The notes beneath the pieces are model-generated. The model was not told where the DNA came from. It did not search any database and saw only the letters and a list, made by a program, of their open reading frames with translations. A DNA stretch of 64,000 nt, taken from positions 22,447-86,446 of the IMG/VR virus record IMGVR_UViG_3300027806_000035; one strand, 5' to 3'. Positions 54,090-63,641 of the stretch are shown here, one piece after another. Position numbers and translations under genes: made by a program. Numbering within the stretch: position 1 is the stretch's first letter; each line of letters starts with the position of its first letter. Origin of the DNA: a virus.

Positions 54090-54491
54090 TCAGCTGTTCG
54101 GCAAGTGCTTGCCAGCAGCAACACGGTTCATGCCATCAAGGAAGATCGCGTAGGCGTTGTCAACTGATTCATCTTTTGTGGATTGCTTGCCTGCTTCAGC
54201 TTCCTCAATGAAGAACTCCATTGACTTACGATGATGTTCCCAGCCCTCCATGTATGCGAGGCTTCGATCGGCCTTGATGTAGGTCGGCGAGCGGTAATCC
54301 CGGGTTTTCGCAAAAAGTACAGGCAGCGAGGCTGCTAATGCGGAAATCGCCCAGCCAATTGCAAAAGATTCTGCAACTCTGTCGCCATCCTTCGCCAAGA
54401 GAATGAAGGCAACGCCAATTGCAACGTTTGCGGTCGTCCAGCTGCGCGGTTCTTGCAGAAATTCCCAGTAGGGCTTGATACGCTTAAGCAT
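54090..54491 (-). CDS. Membrane protein
   Basis: Two TM segments; TATAAT just upstream. Confidence 0.6.
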   Translation of the reverse strand: MLKRIKPYWEFLQEPRSWTTANVAIGVAFILLAKDGDRVAESFAIGWAISALAASLPVLFAKTRDYRSPTYIKADRSLAYMEGWEHHRKSMEFFIEEAEAGKQSTKDESVDNAYAIFLDGMNRVAAGKHLPNS

Positions 54492-54589
54492 TTGTGGATT
54501 GACGGGGACACGGTATTATACATGCGCTGGCTCCGTTGCGGTGTTGCGTGTGTTACGGCTTGCAAAGTGCTCGCGTTGAACGCAGAGGG

Positions 54590-54619
54590 TTGACGGACCC
54601 GCAAGAAAGGTGCTACCCT
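54590..54619 (+). promoter_or_regulatory. Putative sigma-70 promoter for the plus-strand operon
   Basis: TTGACG-N18-TACCCT with an extended TG. Confidence 0.4.
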
Positions 54620-54641
54620 TGGGGCTCCCCGCCAACCAGAC

Positions 54642-55064
54642 ATGGAAGATGCCGAGTTGATCGCGCTTGCCAGAGCAAAAGCTGCACGGTGGCAGATTGA
54701 AGATGACGGGACTACGGGTTACTGCATTTTTACGTGGCAGCGCTACCTTGACGTTGCGCGAACCATTGAAAAGTTGGCGAAAAAAACACCGCCAAGTATC
54801 AAGGAGGTTATCAAGCACACGCTCAAAAGCAGGGAAGCGGCAAAGGCGCCAAACATCTTCAATGGCCTGCGCTTGGCCGATGTTGTCTTTTCGGCGCATC
54901 GAGAAACCTCGCTTAACGACGAGCCTTTCGTGGCTGATCGCTTCAGCCTTGCGGCAGCGCTTCAAGCACTTGCCTTCAATGCAGACTGGGAAGCAGAAGA
55001 TCCGAAGTTCATGGTGCTGCGGATTGCCGAACAAATCAAAAGTGGAGAGGCTGCACAGCGATGA
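54642..55064 (+). CDS. Hypothetical protein
   Basis: First gene of a coupled plus-strand operon. Confidence 0.6.
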   Translation: MEDAELIALARAKAARWQIEDDGTTGYCIFTWQRYLDVARTIEKLAKKTPPSIKEVIKHTLKSREAAKAPNIFNGLRLADVVFSAHRETSLNDEPFVADRFSLAAALQALAFNADWEAEDPKFMVLRIAEQIKSGEAAQR

Positions 55065-55465
55065 GCATTATGGTTGATGGCAGCGAGTGGATTGTTGATC
55101 GCCTGCCTACCAAGAAAGACGCCGACAAGGACGGCGAAGTTCAGGTCATGTGGCGAGATGTTTCAACCTGGACTTACGTTCCAGTCAAGGACGTAATGCC
55201 CGGAATTCCATGGAGGACTCCAGTTTCAACAGTGTTTGTGAGTTTGACCTATTTCTTGCGGCGCAGTGGTGAGTACAGGGCAGAGAGTAGTATTGAAGTT
55301 CTGGAGAGTGCCAGCTTTTCCGAAATTCTGGACGAGGTGCAGGAGCTTCGTAAAAGCGGAAAGCTCCCAGGACGCAGCCAAGGAGAGTATATCGGAGGCT
55401 CTGAGTACATAGTGCTTGTCAGCGTCCCATACCACTCCTACAATAAACCATACCTAATCATCTGA
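55061..55465 (+). CDS. Hypothetical protein
   Basis: WIVDRLPTKKDADKDGEV motif; ATGA overlap. Confidence 0.65.
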   Translation: MSIMVDGSEWIVDRLPTKKDADKDGEVQVMWRDVSTWTYVPVKDVMPGIPWRTPVSTVFVSLTYFLRRSGEYRAESSIEVLESASFSEILDEVQELRKSGKLPGRSQGEYIGGSEYIVLVSVPYHSYNKPYLII

Positions 55466-55842
55466 TGACTTTCATCAACACCAAAAACTGCACAATCGAG
55501 ATCAGCGGCGAAATTTACGAAGCGAAGAATTTCAAGGTTGAACTCAATGGCAAAACTTACGCAAGCGGATCGGCTGAGCTTTTTGAGGCTCTGAAGCAAA
55601 TCGCGCATACCAATGCCGAAGCAGAAGCAGCCTTCAATGCCTGCGTCATTCAGGAAAGCTACTGGAACCATGCGTTCAACCAAACCGCTTATAGGATGAA
55701 GTGCGTCAAACACCTTTGGTCTGTCGAAGGACCGGACAGGGAAGACGTAAGACGGCAGGCACTGCATTACCTGCAGCAATACTGGGCGGATGGCGAGTAT
55801 GGCGACATCCTCTACAAATCCATTGACAACGAGGAATCATGA
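55465..55842 (+). CDS. Hypothetical protein
   Basis: Coupled ORF; ALHYLQQYWADGEY. Confidence 0.6.
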   Translation: MTFINTKNCTIEISGEIYEAKNFKVELNGKTYASGSAELFEALKQIAHTNAEAEAAFNACVIQESYWNHAFNQTAYRMKCVKHLWSVEGPDREDVRRQALHYLQQYWADGEYGDILYKSIDNEES

Positions 55843-56198
55843 GAGTCATTATTGCTGGTTCACGCGAAATCACTGATCCGCAGGTGCTCCTGGACGCACT
55901 ACAGGAGGTGCAGTGGCCGATTTCGCAGGTCGTGTGCGGCATGGCTCGCGGTGCCGATCAGCTCGGATACGACTGGGCCAAGGCCAATAACGTTCCGATC
56001 GCCGAGTTTCCTGCAGATTGGAATCGTTACGGAAAGCAGGCAGGCATGAAGCGCAATGCCGAGATGGCACGCAATGCCGATGCCCTGCTGGCGTTGTGGG
56101 ACGGTGAAAGCCGTGGCACGGAACACATGCTCTATGTCGCTGCGTGCAATAATCTGAAGGTTCACGTTGTTTACGTTATTGACGAGGAAAAGCCGTGA
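55839..56198 (+). CDS. SLOG-family (YspA/DUF2493-like) protein
   Basis: MRVIIAGSR...VVCGMARGAD...FPADW..YGKQAG..RN.EMA..ADAL.A.WDGESRGT. Confidence 0.88.
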   Translation: MRVIIAGSREITDPQVLLDALQEVQWPISQVVCGMARGADQLGYDWAKANNVPIAEFPADWNRYGKQAGMKRNAEMARNADALLALWDGESRGTEHMLYVAACNNLKVHVVYVIDEEKP

Positions 56199-56509
56199 AT
56201 TTCTTCGTAAAGCGTTTCTGGATGGGGTGCCAGAAGCCATCCGCTGCTATCAATTCCGGGATGGTCGACTACGTGATGCCAGACCCAACTGGCCTGATTC
56301 GCGTCGTTGCAAAGCCCGTTTCGCTATCAGATCGCGACCCGTTGAGCCAAGAACTTACTGAAAGCGGGTTCTGCTGGTACGGATACTGGCATAACGAAAG
56401 TTGGCACTGGGAATGGGACAGGAACCCATGGGCATCGCATACACACTTTCTGCCGGCGGGTGTTGAGGTGCTCCCAGCGACCTGCTTCAATCCACTGGAG
56501 GATTCATGA
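56195..56509 (+). CDS. Hypothetical Trp-rich protein
   Basis: GFCWYG...THFLPA; coupled. Confidence 0.6.
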   Translation: MNFFVKRFWMGCQKPSAAINSGMVDYVMPDPTGLIRVVAKPVSLSDRDPLSQELTESGFCWYGYWHNESWHWEWDRNPWASHTHFLPAGVEVLPATCFNPLEDS

Positions 56510-56823
56510 CCGTTCCATGCCCAGTATGCCTGCACGTAGAAACCATCAGAAGAGCCGGCCATTCAGCCACGCCGGAGCTGAAATGGCGAAAGATTCCGCG
56601 ACGCAATCCCTTTAACACGGCCGACACACTTATTCAGCGCAGTGTTGCCATGCGCATCGCTCGATTGGATAACGGCTTTTGGGAGTGCGAGGCCTGTGGA
56701 GCCGGTTTTAACAGGCGCGATGCAGTTGTTCTGCTGGATTCCGTGCTGAAGGCTGACTTGCTGGACGTTCCGGCCCAGGAAATCGAAGAAATGATCTTTG
56801 AAGCTTTTAACGGAGGCAAATGA
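56506..56823 (+). CDS. Hypothetical Zn-ribbon protein
   Basis: CPVC...CEACG. Confidence 0.6.
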   Translation: MTVPCPVCLHVETIRRAGHSATPELKWRKIPRRNPFNTADTLIQRSVAMRIARLDNGFWECEACGAGFNRRDAVVLLDSVLKADLLDVPAQEIEEMIFEAFNGGK

Positions 56824-57428
56824 TTTATTCCGAAAAAAACCTCAACACGGCGATACTTTTTCGCGCACTTGCGGAACTTTCTGAAAAGTATCCAGCCACC
56901 GAGTCCGGCATTGAACTGAAAAGCAATGAAGGCGAGCTTGGTAGATACATTGAGCGGCCTGTCTATATTGAGCAGCTCAGTGTAAGTTGCCTGTTCCGCG
57001 AAGATCCACAAGAGCTTTGGCTTGAGGTTGGCCGGCTGTACGAAAAGCATGGGGGCAACCCAGAAGACCTGCTGGCATGTTGGGAGATCCGCAAGATGAG
57101 AGGGGCTACTGATGTACCAGCAGCAGGGGTCCAGCCCCTCCAGGAACCTGCAATCGCGGAAGATGAACTGAGTCGCGATGAGTGGGATATAGCAGCGGAT
57201 GCAGTTGAAAAGGAAATCGACATACTCTGCGGAAAGCCGGTGTATTACGCAAGAGCCGTGATTCAAAGGAAAGACCGTAAAGTATTCGAGAATCTAGTTG
57301 ATAAAAAAATTAAACTTGCCGGTCAACTGTTTACCATTATCGGGGGACGCATGACTCATTTAGCCAGTGCGGACGGCTCTGCTTCTACAAGTGCTTATGT
57401 TTTGTGCAAATTTGACGGGAAACTGTGA
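56820..57428 (+). CDS. Hypothetical protein
   Basis: Coupled 202-aa ORF. Confidence 0.6.
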   Translation: MIYSEKNLNTAILFRALAELSEKYPATESGIELKSNEGELGRYIERPVYIEQLSVSCLFREDPQELWLEVGRLYEKHGGNPEDLLACWEIRKMRGATDVPAAGVQPLQEPAIAEDELSRDEWDIAADAVEKEIDILCGKPVYYARAVIQRKDRKVFENLVDKKIKLAGQLFTIIGGRMTHLASADGSASTSAYVLCKFDGKL

Positions 57429-57748
57429 TGCCATACGTCGCTCCACCCAGCATCCCTGGTGACTGGGATTTCGAGATCATCAAAGAACAGACGGAAATCG
57501 TCGAATGTCCGTGGAGTTGCATCCATGACTTTATCAGATGGGACCATGGGCGCACTTTTTGCACGGTCAGGATGTGGCCACTGGCGCAAAAGGGCGTGTT
57601 CCTACTAGAAAGAGAGCTAGTTGGTCATGGATTCGTGTTGCACGGAAGTCAACATCGAATTCTTCGCGTTATCACATTCATTCCAATGGTTGTTGAGACG
57701 CAAGCCGTAGCACTGTCCAGTGTTGTAGGCGAGGAGGAGCCTGAGTAA
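57425..57748 (+). CDS. Hypothetical protein
   Basis: Coupled ORF. Confidence 0.5.
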   Translation: MMPYVAPPSIPGDWDFEIIKEQTEIVECPWSCIHDFIRWDHGRTFCTVRMWPLAQKGVFLLERELVGHGFVLHGSQHRILRVITFIPMVVETQAVALSSVVGEEEPE

Positions 57749-58050
57749 TGAGCATCAGTGAACCCAAAAGAGCCATTCAAGACATGCCAGAACCGGAAAA
57801 TCCATCCATCAAGCTGAGCGCCACCGCAATCATGATGAAGATCCAGCAACAGCTGGAGCAGATGGGAGCGGACAACCCACCAGTTGCAATTTGGATCGGA
57901 TCGGAGGCGTATTACAGGATTCTGCAAGCGGCGATGGATGCCGAATGGCCGTTCAAGGCAGATTTTAACAATGAGAAAGCTTTGATCTTTGGCCATCGGT
58001 TCACTGTTTGCAACCAATACGGCGAGGATGCCATCACCTACTACCCATGA
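57748..58050 (+). CDS. Hypothetical protein
   Basis: Coupled ORF. Confidence 0.55.
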   Translation: MSISEPKRAIQDMPEPENPSIKLSATAIMMKIQQQLEQMGADNPPVAIWIGSEAYYRILQAAMDAEWPFKADFNNEKALIFGHRFTVCNQYGEDAITYYP

Positions 58051-58142
58051 CAGCTGCAACCATCTTGTATATCACGATCTACGGCGTGATTCTGTATTTG
58101 TTTCTGAACATGATCCTTAGCGAGTGGCGGAATCGTGATTGA
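58047..58142 (+). CDS. 31-aa single-TM peptide
   Basis: MTAATILYITIYGVILYLFLNMILSEWRNRD*; overlaps both neighbours. Confidence 0.5.
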   Translation: MTAATILYITIYGVILYLFLNMILSEWRNRD

Positions 58143-58464
58143 CGCTTGTGAAGGCGAGGTGTTGGCGCAGATCATTGAAGATCTGAAGTTTTATGCCGAC
58201 ATGAAGCTGACAGTAAAGGCGATCCGGCTTGGCATGAGCGCTTGGGATGACCTGCGTAACAGCGATGTTCGGCTCGTCATCGAACCCGGCCATTTCGTTG
58301 CAGATTCGTACCCCAAGCTCTTCGGTATTCCGGTCATCGTACTTGATCGAGGAAATCCGTGGGCGCGGGGTTACACGTTTGCCGAAACCAATGCTTCGGT
58401 GTTCCAGCTTCCTGCTGCAAAAGTGCGGGATGACTTTACAAATCCAATGAACTTCACAAAATGA
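58135..58464 (+). CDS. Hypothetical protein
   Basis: Coupled ORF; KLFGIPVIV. Confidence 0.55.
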   Translation: MIDACEGEVLAQIIEDLKFYADMKLTVKAIRLGMSAWDDLRNSDVRLVIEPGHFVADSYPKLFGIPVIVLDRGNPWARGYTFAETNASVFQLPAAKVRDDFTNPMNFTK

Positions 58465-58757
58465 GCGAAACATGGGTTGTGCGCGGTTGCTATGTTTACG
58501 CAATCGCCCAAACACAGCGCGAATGCCATGGTCACGGTGAATTCCCGGACGTACAGGCTATACGAAGGATCTACTCAAGACCGCCATGGGAGCCATACTT
58601 ACGGGAATATCCACCTTTGTTTTTGACAGAGAAAGAAGCGTGGGATTGGATCAAGAAGCAGAGTCACGCTTTTGATCTGGAACCAGTTAAATTGCGGCTG
58701 ATGCTGCCGGAGAAAATTTGGCGAAAACTTCACTCTGAGGGTGAGACTGAATCCTGA
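58461..58757 (+). CDS. Hypothetical protein
   Basis: Last gene of the plus-strand operon. Confidence 0.55.
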   Translation: MSETWVVRGCYVYAIAQTQRECHGHGEFPDVQAIRRIYSRPPWEPYLREYPPLFLTEKEAWDWIKKQSHAFDLEPVKLRLMLPEKIWRKLHSEGETES

Positions 58758-58959
58758 GGCCACTGGTTGACAAGGAGAAATCAGCGCGAATTACCGTCGG
58801 GCCTCCATCGGAGGGTTGTGTTGGGCTGGCAGCAACAGGGCTTACGTGGATCGCGCAACTGGTGGCCTCAGCTGCTCCCGGAATGCAGGGAAAAAAATTT
58901 GACGACTTCGCTCGGTAAATTGCTTGATCTCGAACTCTGGGCGGAAACTTGTGGGCTGA

Positions 58960-59260
58960 CAACCTTATGGGTTGAGTAATTTGTAGGGATGGGTGGGGGA
59001 TGGGTGCAAAGCTATAGCAGCGATTACTTACAAGTCTGAGAATCCGTAAAGATAGGTGGGGATGTAGAAAAAAGGTGGTGGAAGGGGGTCTTGCAAGTTA
59101 GACAATCTGTAAGGATGAGTGGGGGATGTGGGAAAAGGGTAGTCGAGGGGGGAAATTTTTAGAAAAGTAATTGCTTTTGGGTGGAGAAATAGGGAAAAAA
59201 TTGCTAGAAGGGGGAGGCGCACCACCTCGCCCCTGGAACTACCCCACCCCACCCAACTTC
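58960..59260. other. Non-coding G-rich to C-rich skew switch; candidate genome end or packaging region
   Basis: G/A-rich top strand up to about 59220, then C-runs; lies at the convergence of transcription. Confidence 0.45.
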
Positions 59261-59495
59261 CTGCCGACTTTCTATAGATTAGTCCGGCCGATAGCTTAAC
59301 ACTACCGGCCGGAAACTAGCATTATCTCCCGTAAACCTTAAGGCGGCACTCTGTAACGCTATTCTTGGTCTGACATTCTGACACCAGCGAGGCATCCTGC
59401 CGCGCAAGTTCAGAAACTAGACAGAATGTAAGATAGGTGGAGGCCACGATAATCAAAAGCCTGTTCATTGATTGAAACTAGGATGATAGCAGGAA

Positions 59496-59526
59496 GGACA
59501 GGCCAACCCTAAAGGCTAGCCTGTCC
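59496..59526 (-). terminator. Hairpin downstream of the 59541 gene
   Basis: GGACAGGCTAGCC-TTTAG-GGTTGGCCTGTCC, 13-bp stem including G-U pairs. Confidence 0.55.
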
Positions 59527-59540
59527 GGTAGAGTTAGGTG

Positions 59541-60167
59541 TCAGGTCTCAGGCTGAACCTTAGGATCCTCGGTCGTCAGCCTCACCATACCGTCAGTACT
59601 GACAGTAACGTAACGGCCCGAAAGGTTAGCCATAACCGTCAGAAGCCTGCTCAGGCTTTGCCAGGATTCCACCTTCCTGTAGACAGTGTGGTTAAGGTCT
59701 AGGATTGTCAGAATCCACTCGAGCGAGAGGGGATCCCCTGCTGACAGATTTGCGGGCAGTTGCACGCCATTGTAGGTTCCGTTAATCACGTCGGTCAGGA
59801 TCTGGGCGGAGATAACGGCACGCTTGGAGCTGCGGCGAATAGGGTTCTGGAGAGCCGATGCCTTGGCGGGTCTGCCGTGGGGGAGCTTCCGCGTTGCAAG
59901 GGCGAACGGTGGTTCCATGGCGCGGGCTGCTTCCCTGACCGCCTCTGGCCAGGTGATGGCACCATCACCAGAGCTGCCGCGCTGCCCCCTGACGGGCTCT
60001 CGCAGACTGGCGGGCACAGCGGCACCCATACCACGGAGGATCTCCAGCATTGCCGACTCGCGCCGCGCGGGCTTCTGCTCTGCGATGGGAGTCGCTCCAG
60101 CTTCTGGCGCGGCAGGCTTAATGATCTTGACGGCGCCATTGCGGCGGGACTGAGATGAGGATTGCAT
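59541..60167 (-). CDS. Hypothetical protein
   Basis: 208 aa from MQSSSQ; flanked by hairpins. Confidence 0.55.
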   Translation of the reverse strand: MQSSSQSRRNGAVKIIKPAAPEAGATPIAEQKPARRESAMLEILRGMGAAVPASLREPVRGQRGSSGDGAITWPEAVREAARAMEPPFALATRKLPHGRPAKASALQNPIRRSSKRAVISAQILTDVINGTYNGVQLPANLSAGDPLSLEWILTILDLNHTVYRKVESWQSLSRLLTVMANLSGRYVTVSTDGMVRLTTEDPKVQPET

Positions 60168-60250
60168 GGTGTTAGTTGGGAGGGGTGATAGGGGGGAGAT
60201 TCCCCTAGGGTGCCAGACTTTAAGGACTGGCACAGTAGGGGAATCTATGA

Positions 60251-60529
60251 TTAGCGGTTGCGCGTTTTAATCAAGTAACCGTCAGAATCAAGGCCATAGA
60301 CTTTTCGACTCTCGCCAGTTAGCAGGCTAACGGCGTCCCGCGCCTCGTGCAAAAAGCGAAAAGCGCCATTAACGGTCAACCATCCGACAATCCTAGTGTC
60401 GCCGAACGTATCTGTACGGCAGACTGCGGCACCATCGTTTGCCGCCTCCCATAGGCCTACGGCGAGGGGAGCAGTCCGACTCTCAGCGCAGGGGCCGTCA
60501 ACTGGTGAGATAAAGGGGAATCCTTCCAT
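60251..60529 (-). CDS. Hypothetical protein
   Basis: 92 aa from MEGFPF. Confidence 0.5.
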   Translation of the reverse strand: MEGFPFISPVDGPCAESRTAPLAVGLWEAANDGAAVCRTDTFGDTRIVGWLTVNGAFRFLHEARDAVSLLTGESRKVYGLDSDGYLIKTRNR

Positions 60530-60819
60530 GGGGAACCTAGGGCTCTGGTTTGCGTGAAACCGGCGGTGAGAGAGACCTACGGCCCCGCCCCCCCGGTTCC
60601 CATATTGTACGGCATGGTGTCCCGGTTTGCAAGCGATCGGCCGGACGGATCCCACAAGCTACCAAACCGCCGATAGCCCATAAAGTTAGCTAGTGGCACA
60701 AAATAGCCCGCTAACTCACTCTATAGGCTGCGGAACCGTCAAAAATGCTCGCTGTAGCTTGTGACCGCGACAGTCTGCCGTACGTTCAGCGCAGATCAGG
60801 ATGCGGCTCAAACAAAAAC

Positions 60820-61430
60820 TAACACGAATCGCACCATACAGTTACGCTAACCTAACCGCCGTTACAGTTACGCTCGAAGCTAACAGCAAGCTCAGCACAC
60901 CTTGCAGTTGAGCTAACGTCTCGCCGTTACAGTCTCGCCAGGACTGTTAGCCTGTCAGGCAGGTAGGCTCTCACGCTTTACAGTCACGCTCCGCTGCTAG
61001 TCTCACCAGGATTGTAAGGTTACGCCTACCGTAGTTTCCGCACCATACAGTTACGGCACCTTCTACAGTCTGGCAGGTTAGCTTGTGACGCTAGCAGGTA
61101 AGATCGGCCAGAGTTAGCTTAGTTGTAAGGTTAGCTAGTCTGGCAGGTTAGTTACGCTCATTCAGGTAAGTTTCGCCCGGATAGTGAACACAACAGATAC
61201 GCTAGGCTAGTGTATAGGTTAGCTTGCGCAAGTTACAGTTACAGATACTAGCCACAAGTTACAGTTACAGTAGCGCCAAGATTAACGTTCTGTCAGGTTA
61301 GGCTAGCGCCGGTCAAGTTAGGCTAGGCTCCGATCAAGCCAGTAGCCGATCAACCCAGCCAGCCTGTCAGATAGGTTAGGCTTCAGGTTAGCTAGTGGCC
61401 GCGGCGTTAAGTTAGCTGGCGCGATAGGTT
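60820..61430. repeat. Degenerate non-coding repeat tract (CAGTTAC / AGGTTAG units)
   Basis: CGCACCATACAGTTACG at 60830 and 61039; CAAGTTACAGTTACAG at 61228 and 61255; many AGGTTAG. Confidence 0.7.
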
Positions 61431-61438
61431 CCGCCAGG

Positions 61439-61737
61439 GAATGCAACTTAGCGGCGCAGCAAGCTAGCAATGAATGCAGTTGACAGGGGCGAATGCAACT
61501 CAGTGGTGAATGCAAGTTAGTAGTGAATGCAACTTGCGGGTGAATGCAAGTTAGACATGAATGGCATTTAGCAAGGGTGAATGGCATTTATACATGAATG
61601 GCAAGCTAGCAGTGAATGCAACTTTACGCATGAATGGCAAATTGACATGAATGGCATTTAGCAACGTGAATGGCAAGTTAGTGTGAATGGCCTCCAAGCG
61701 TGTGAATGGCGAAACCGATCAACAAGGGGAGTGAATG
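61439..61737 (+). repeat. Iteron-like array: 16 GAATG cores (TGAATG(G)CA) spaced mostly 17-20 bp
   Basis: GAATG at 61439, 61472, 61491, 61508, 61525, 61542, 61559, 61579, 61596, 61614, 61632, 61649, 61668, 61685, 61704 and 61733. Confidence 0.9.
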
Positions 61738-62088
61738 TTACTTTCCTTGCTCGCCAGCTTCAATCCAGAGCCTGTACTTAAATGTTCGACGTTGAGGTGA
61801 TGGAGTAACAGTGAATGTTGGATCAACCATGAATCCAACCATGTCCTTGTACTTTACTTTGCGAATGTAATTTAACTTGCGCAGCTTAGCAAGTGAGCGA
61901 TAGGTAGCCTTGAAATGAAAGCCAAGATTCTCAGATAGTTGCGCTGGCGTCAAGCCAATGATGATGCGAGAGTTGGACAGGATTACAAGGTAGAGAAGAA
62001 TGGTAAGGTCATTACCAGCAATGCCAAGTAGTTTACGGTTGCAGATAATTGATTGCATACGCTGTTCAGGACGCTGAGGTTTGTTCAT
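61738..62088 (-). CDS. Winged-helix DNA-binding protein (RepL-like)
   Basis: ILLYLV...LTPAQLSENLGFHFKATYRSLAKLRKLNYIRK...FMVDP. Confidence 0.7.
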   Translation of the reverse strand: MNKPQRPEQRMQSIICNRKLLGIAGNDLTILLYLVILSNSRIIIGLTPAQLSENLGFHFKATYRSLAKLRKLNYIRKVKYKDMVGFMVDPTFTVTPSPQRRTFKYRLWIEAGEQGK

Positions 62089-62382
62089 TTTACAGCCTTC
62101 AGCCAGCTTGGCAGGGAGGGAACGTTTTGTAGAAAACAGCGTACCATAGAACCCAGTCAGGGACTGGCCCGGTCATTCCACTTTGTAGAATATCTGAGTT
62201 TGAGATCCCTTGCGCCGCAGTCGATCTGAGGTCGTGCTTTTATACCAGTTAGATGGGTAAGGAACAGGGGGGTCTGGCAGGTAGGCGGTCAGGTAGGCAG
62301 GGGGGTCGCGAAGTACAGGTACTCAGCTGGACGTGCCGTTAATGAGTACCTGTAAGTTTGCTGACGTGCAGACAAAAGTTAC

Positions 62383-63153
62383 TTAGTCAACTTCAGACTC
62401 TTCGATTGCTGCAAGTAACTGGTCTACACCAAGTGCATTACTTTGTAGATTCTTTCCTACTTCAGCCAACTTGGATGCTGCATTTAACATTGAGGGAAGA
62501 TCACGTACATCGAGATCCTGTTCACTATCCAGCAATTTAGTCAACTTGCGATCTGCCAGGTATGCGATACGTGCTGCATTTAGGCTAAGTTGATGGCCAA
62601 TCTGTTCCTGCTGCTCACGGTATGCTTCCAGTCTGTTAAGATGCTTCTGATGACGAGCATCCTGTACTTCATTTAACTTTTTGCTGAGTTGGTACCTATC
62701 AAAATCCCCCACCCTAACCAACCAGTTATTGCGTTTAGCTACTTGTTGTAGTTTAGAAATGCTGAAATTGGTAATCTGGGATACATATTGTAGTGAACGT
62801 CCCCCACCCAACCTACAATAACAGGAGAACAATTCAAATTCTTTATCAGACTCAGAAGGTGCAAGGACACTATTTTTCAACCAAGTAGCATTACGGTTAG
62901 TGGTAGTGGAGGTAGTGAGGCTAGTGTTTTCCGAGAGGTTGTTACTTTGTTGGGGGGTGTTATTTGCTACATTAAGAGTATCAGTATTGACGGTAGAGGG
63001 AGCTAGATGTTCAGTTTCTGTAAGCTCCTCACTATTTAATTCCTGTTCATCTACAAGTTCACCGAACTCATTGGTTGTTAAGTTAATAGCATCATTTTCG
63101 ATTTCTTCTGCATTTTGGAGTAGTTCCTCGAAATTAAAGTCAGAAGGTTCCAC
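62383..63153 (-). CDS. Terminase small subunit-like HTH/coiled-coil protein
   Basis: ESDKEFELFSCYCRLGGGRSLQYVS...KRNNWLVRV..FD followed by a coiled coil; the assignment is tentative. Confidence 0.5.
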   Translation of the reverse strand: MEPSDFNFEELLQNAEEIENDAINLTTNEFGELVDEQELNSEELTETEHLAPSTVNTDTLNVANNTPQQSNNLSENTSLTTSTTTNRNATWLKNSVLAPSESDKEFELFSCYCRLGGGRSLQYVSQITNFSISKLQQVAKRNNWLVRVGDFDRYQLSKKLNEVQDARHQKHLNRLEAYREQQEQIGHQLSLNAARIAYLADRKLTKLLDSEQDLDVRDLPSMLNAASKLAEVGKNLQSNALGVDQLLAAIEESEVD

Positions 63154-63176
63154 GGTTAGTGTTCGGGTGCTTACGT

Positions 63177-63206
63177 ATTCTACGGCGGGAATCTGACAGC
63201 TGTCAA
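63177..63206 (-). promoter_or_regulatory. Sigma-70 promoter
   Basis: TTGACA-N18-TAGAAT upstream of the 63153 start. Confidence 0.7.
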
Positions 63207-63214
63207 TAGCTACT

Positions 63215-63249
63215 AAAAAACCCGGCGCAGCGGTTAAGCTGGCCGGGTT
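63215..63249 (-). terminator. Rho-independent terminator
   Basis: CCCGGC...GCCGGG-TTTTTT. Confidence 0.65.
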
Positions 63250-63276
63250 CTGTAAGCTGATTAAATCTATAGGTTG

Positions 63277-63474
63277 CTACGCTTGCTGATCTACCAAGCC
63301 CTGTGGCTTCATTGAATCACTTATCACATCAACAATAGCATGTGGATACTTATCAGTGTGTTCATCTACCAAGCTATCGGCTTCCTCATACGTTAAGTCA
63401 GTGGCGAGTATCTGCCAGCTTCCTTCATCATCAAGCACAACAACTTTCCACTTCGTTGAGTCAGGCATCACCAT
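63277..63474 (-). CDS. Hypothetical acidic protein
   Basis: 65-aa ORF followed by a terminator. Confidence 0.55.
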   Translation of the reverse strand: MVMPDSTKWKVVVLDDEGSWQILATDLTYEEADSLVDEHTDKYPHAIVDVISDSMKPQGLVDQQA

Positions 63475-63641
63475 ACCTCCTTGTAGCGTTTACGTTTGTG
63501 CGGGAAACTTTTAATAGGCACCACTTTGTAGCAGATACCCTTGCCAGGTATGTAAGCCGTGACCAACTTACGGTTCCTGGATAGTCGATCTTCGATAGAC
63601 TGAAGATCATCAAGTTTAGTAACGGGTCGCCAACCTGTCAT
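63468..63641 (-). CDS. Hypothetical protein (57 aa)
   Basis: MTGWRPVTKL...YKEVW*; overlaps both neighbours. Confidence 0.5.
   Translation of the reverse strand: MTGWRPVTKLDDLQSIEDRLSRNRKLVTAYIPGKGICYKVVPIKSFPHKRKRYKEVW

Noticed and set aside
54516-55034. 172-aa minus-strand ORF
   Set aside because: It is antisense to the coupled plus-strand operon and has no motifs.
61439-61737. Possible CRISPR or mini-array
   Set aside because: The repeat core is 5-9 bp and the period is about 17-20 bp, too short for repeat-spacer units; there are no cas genes.
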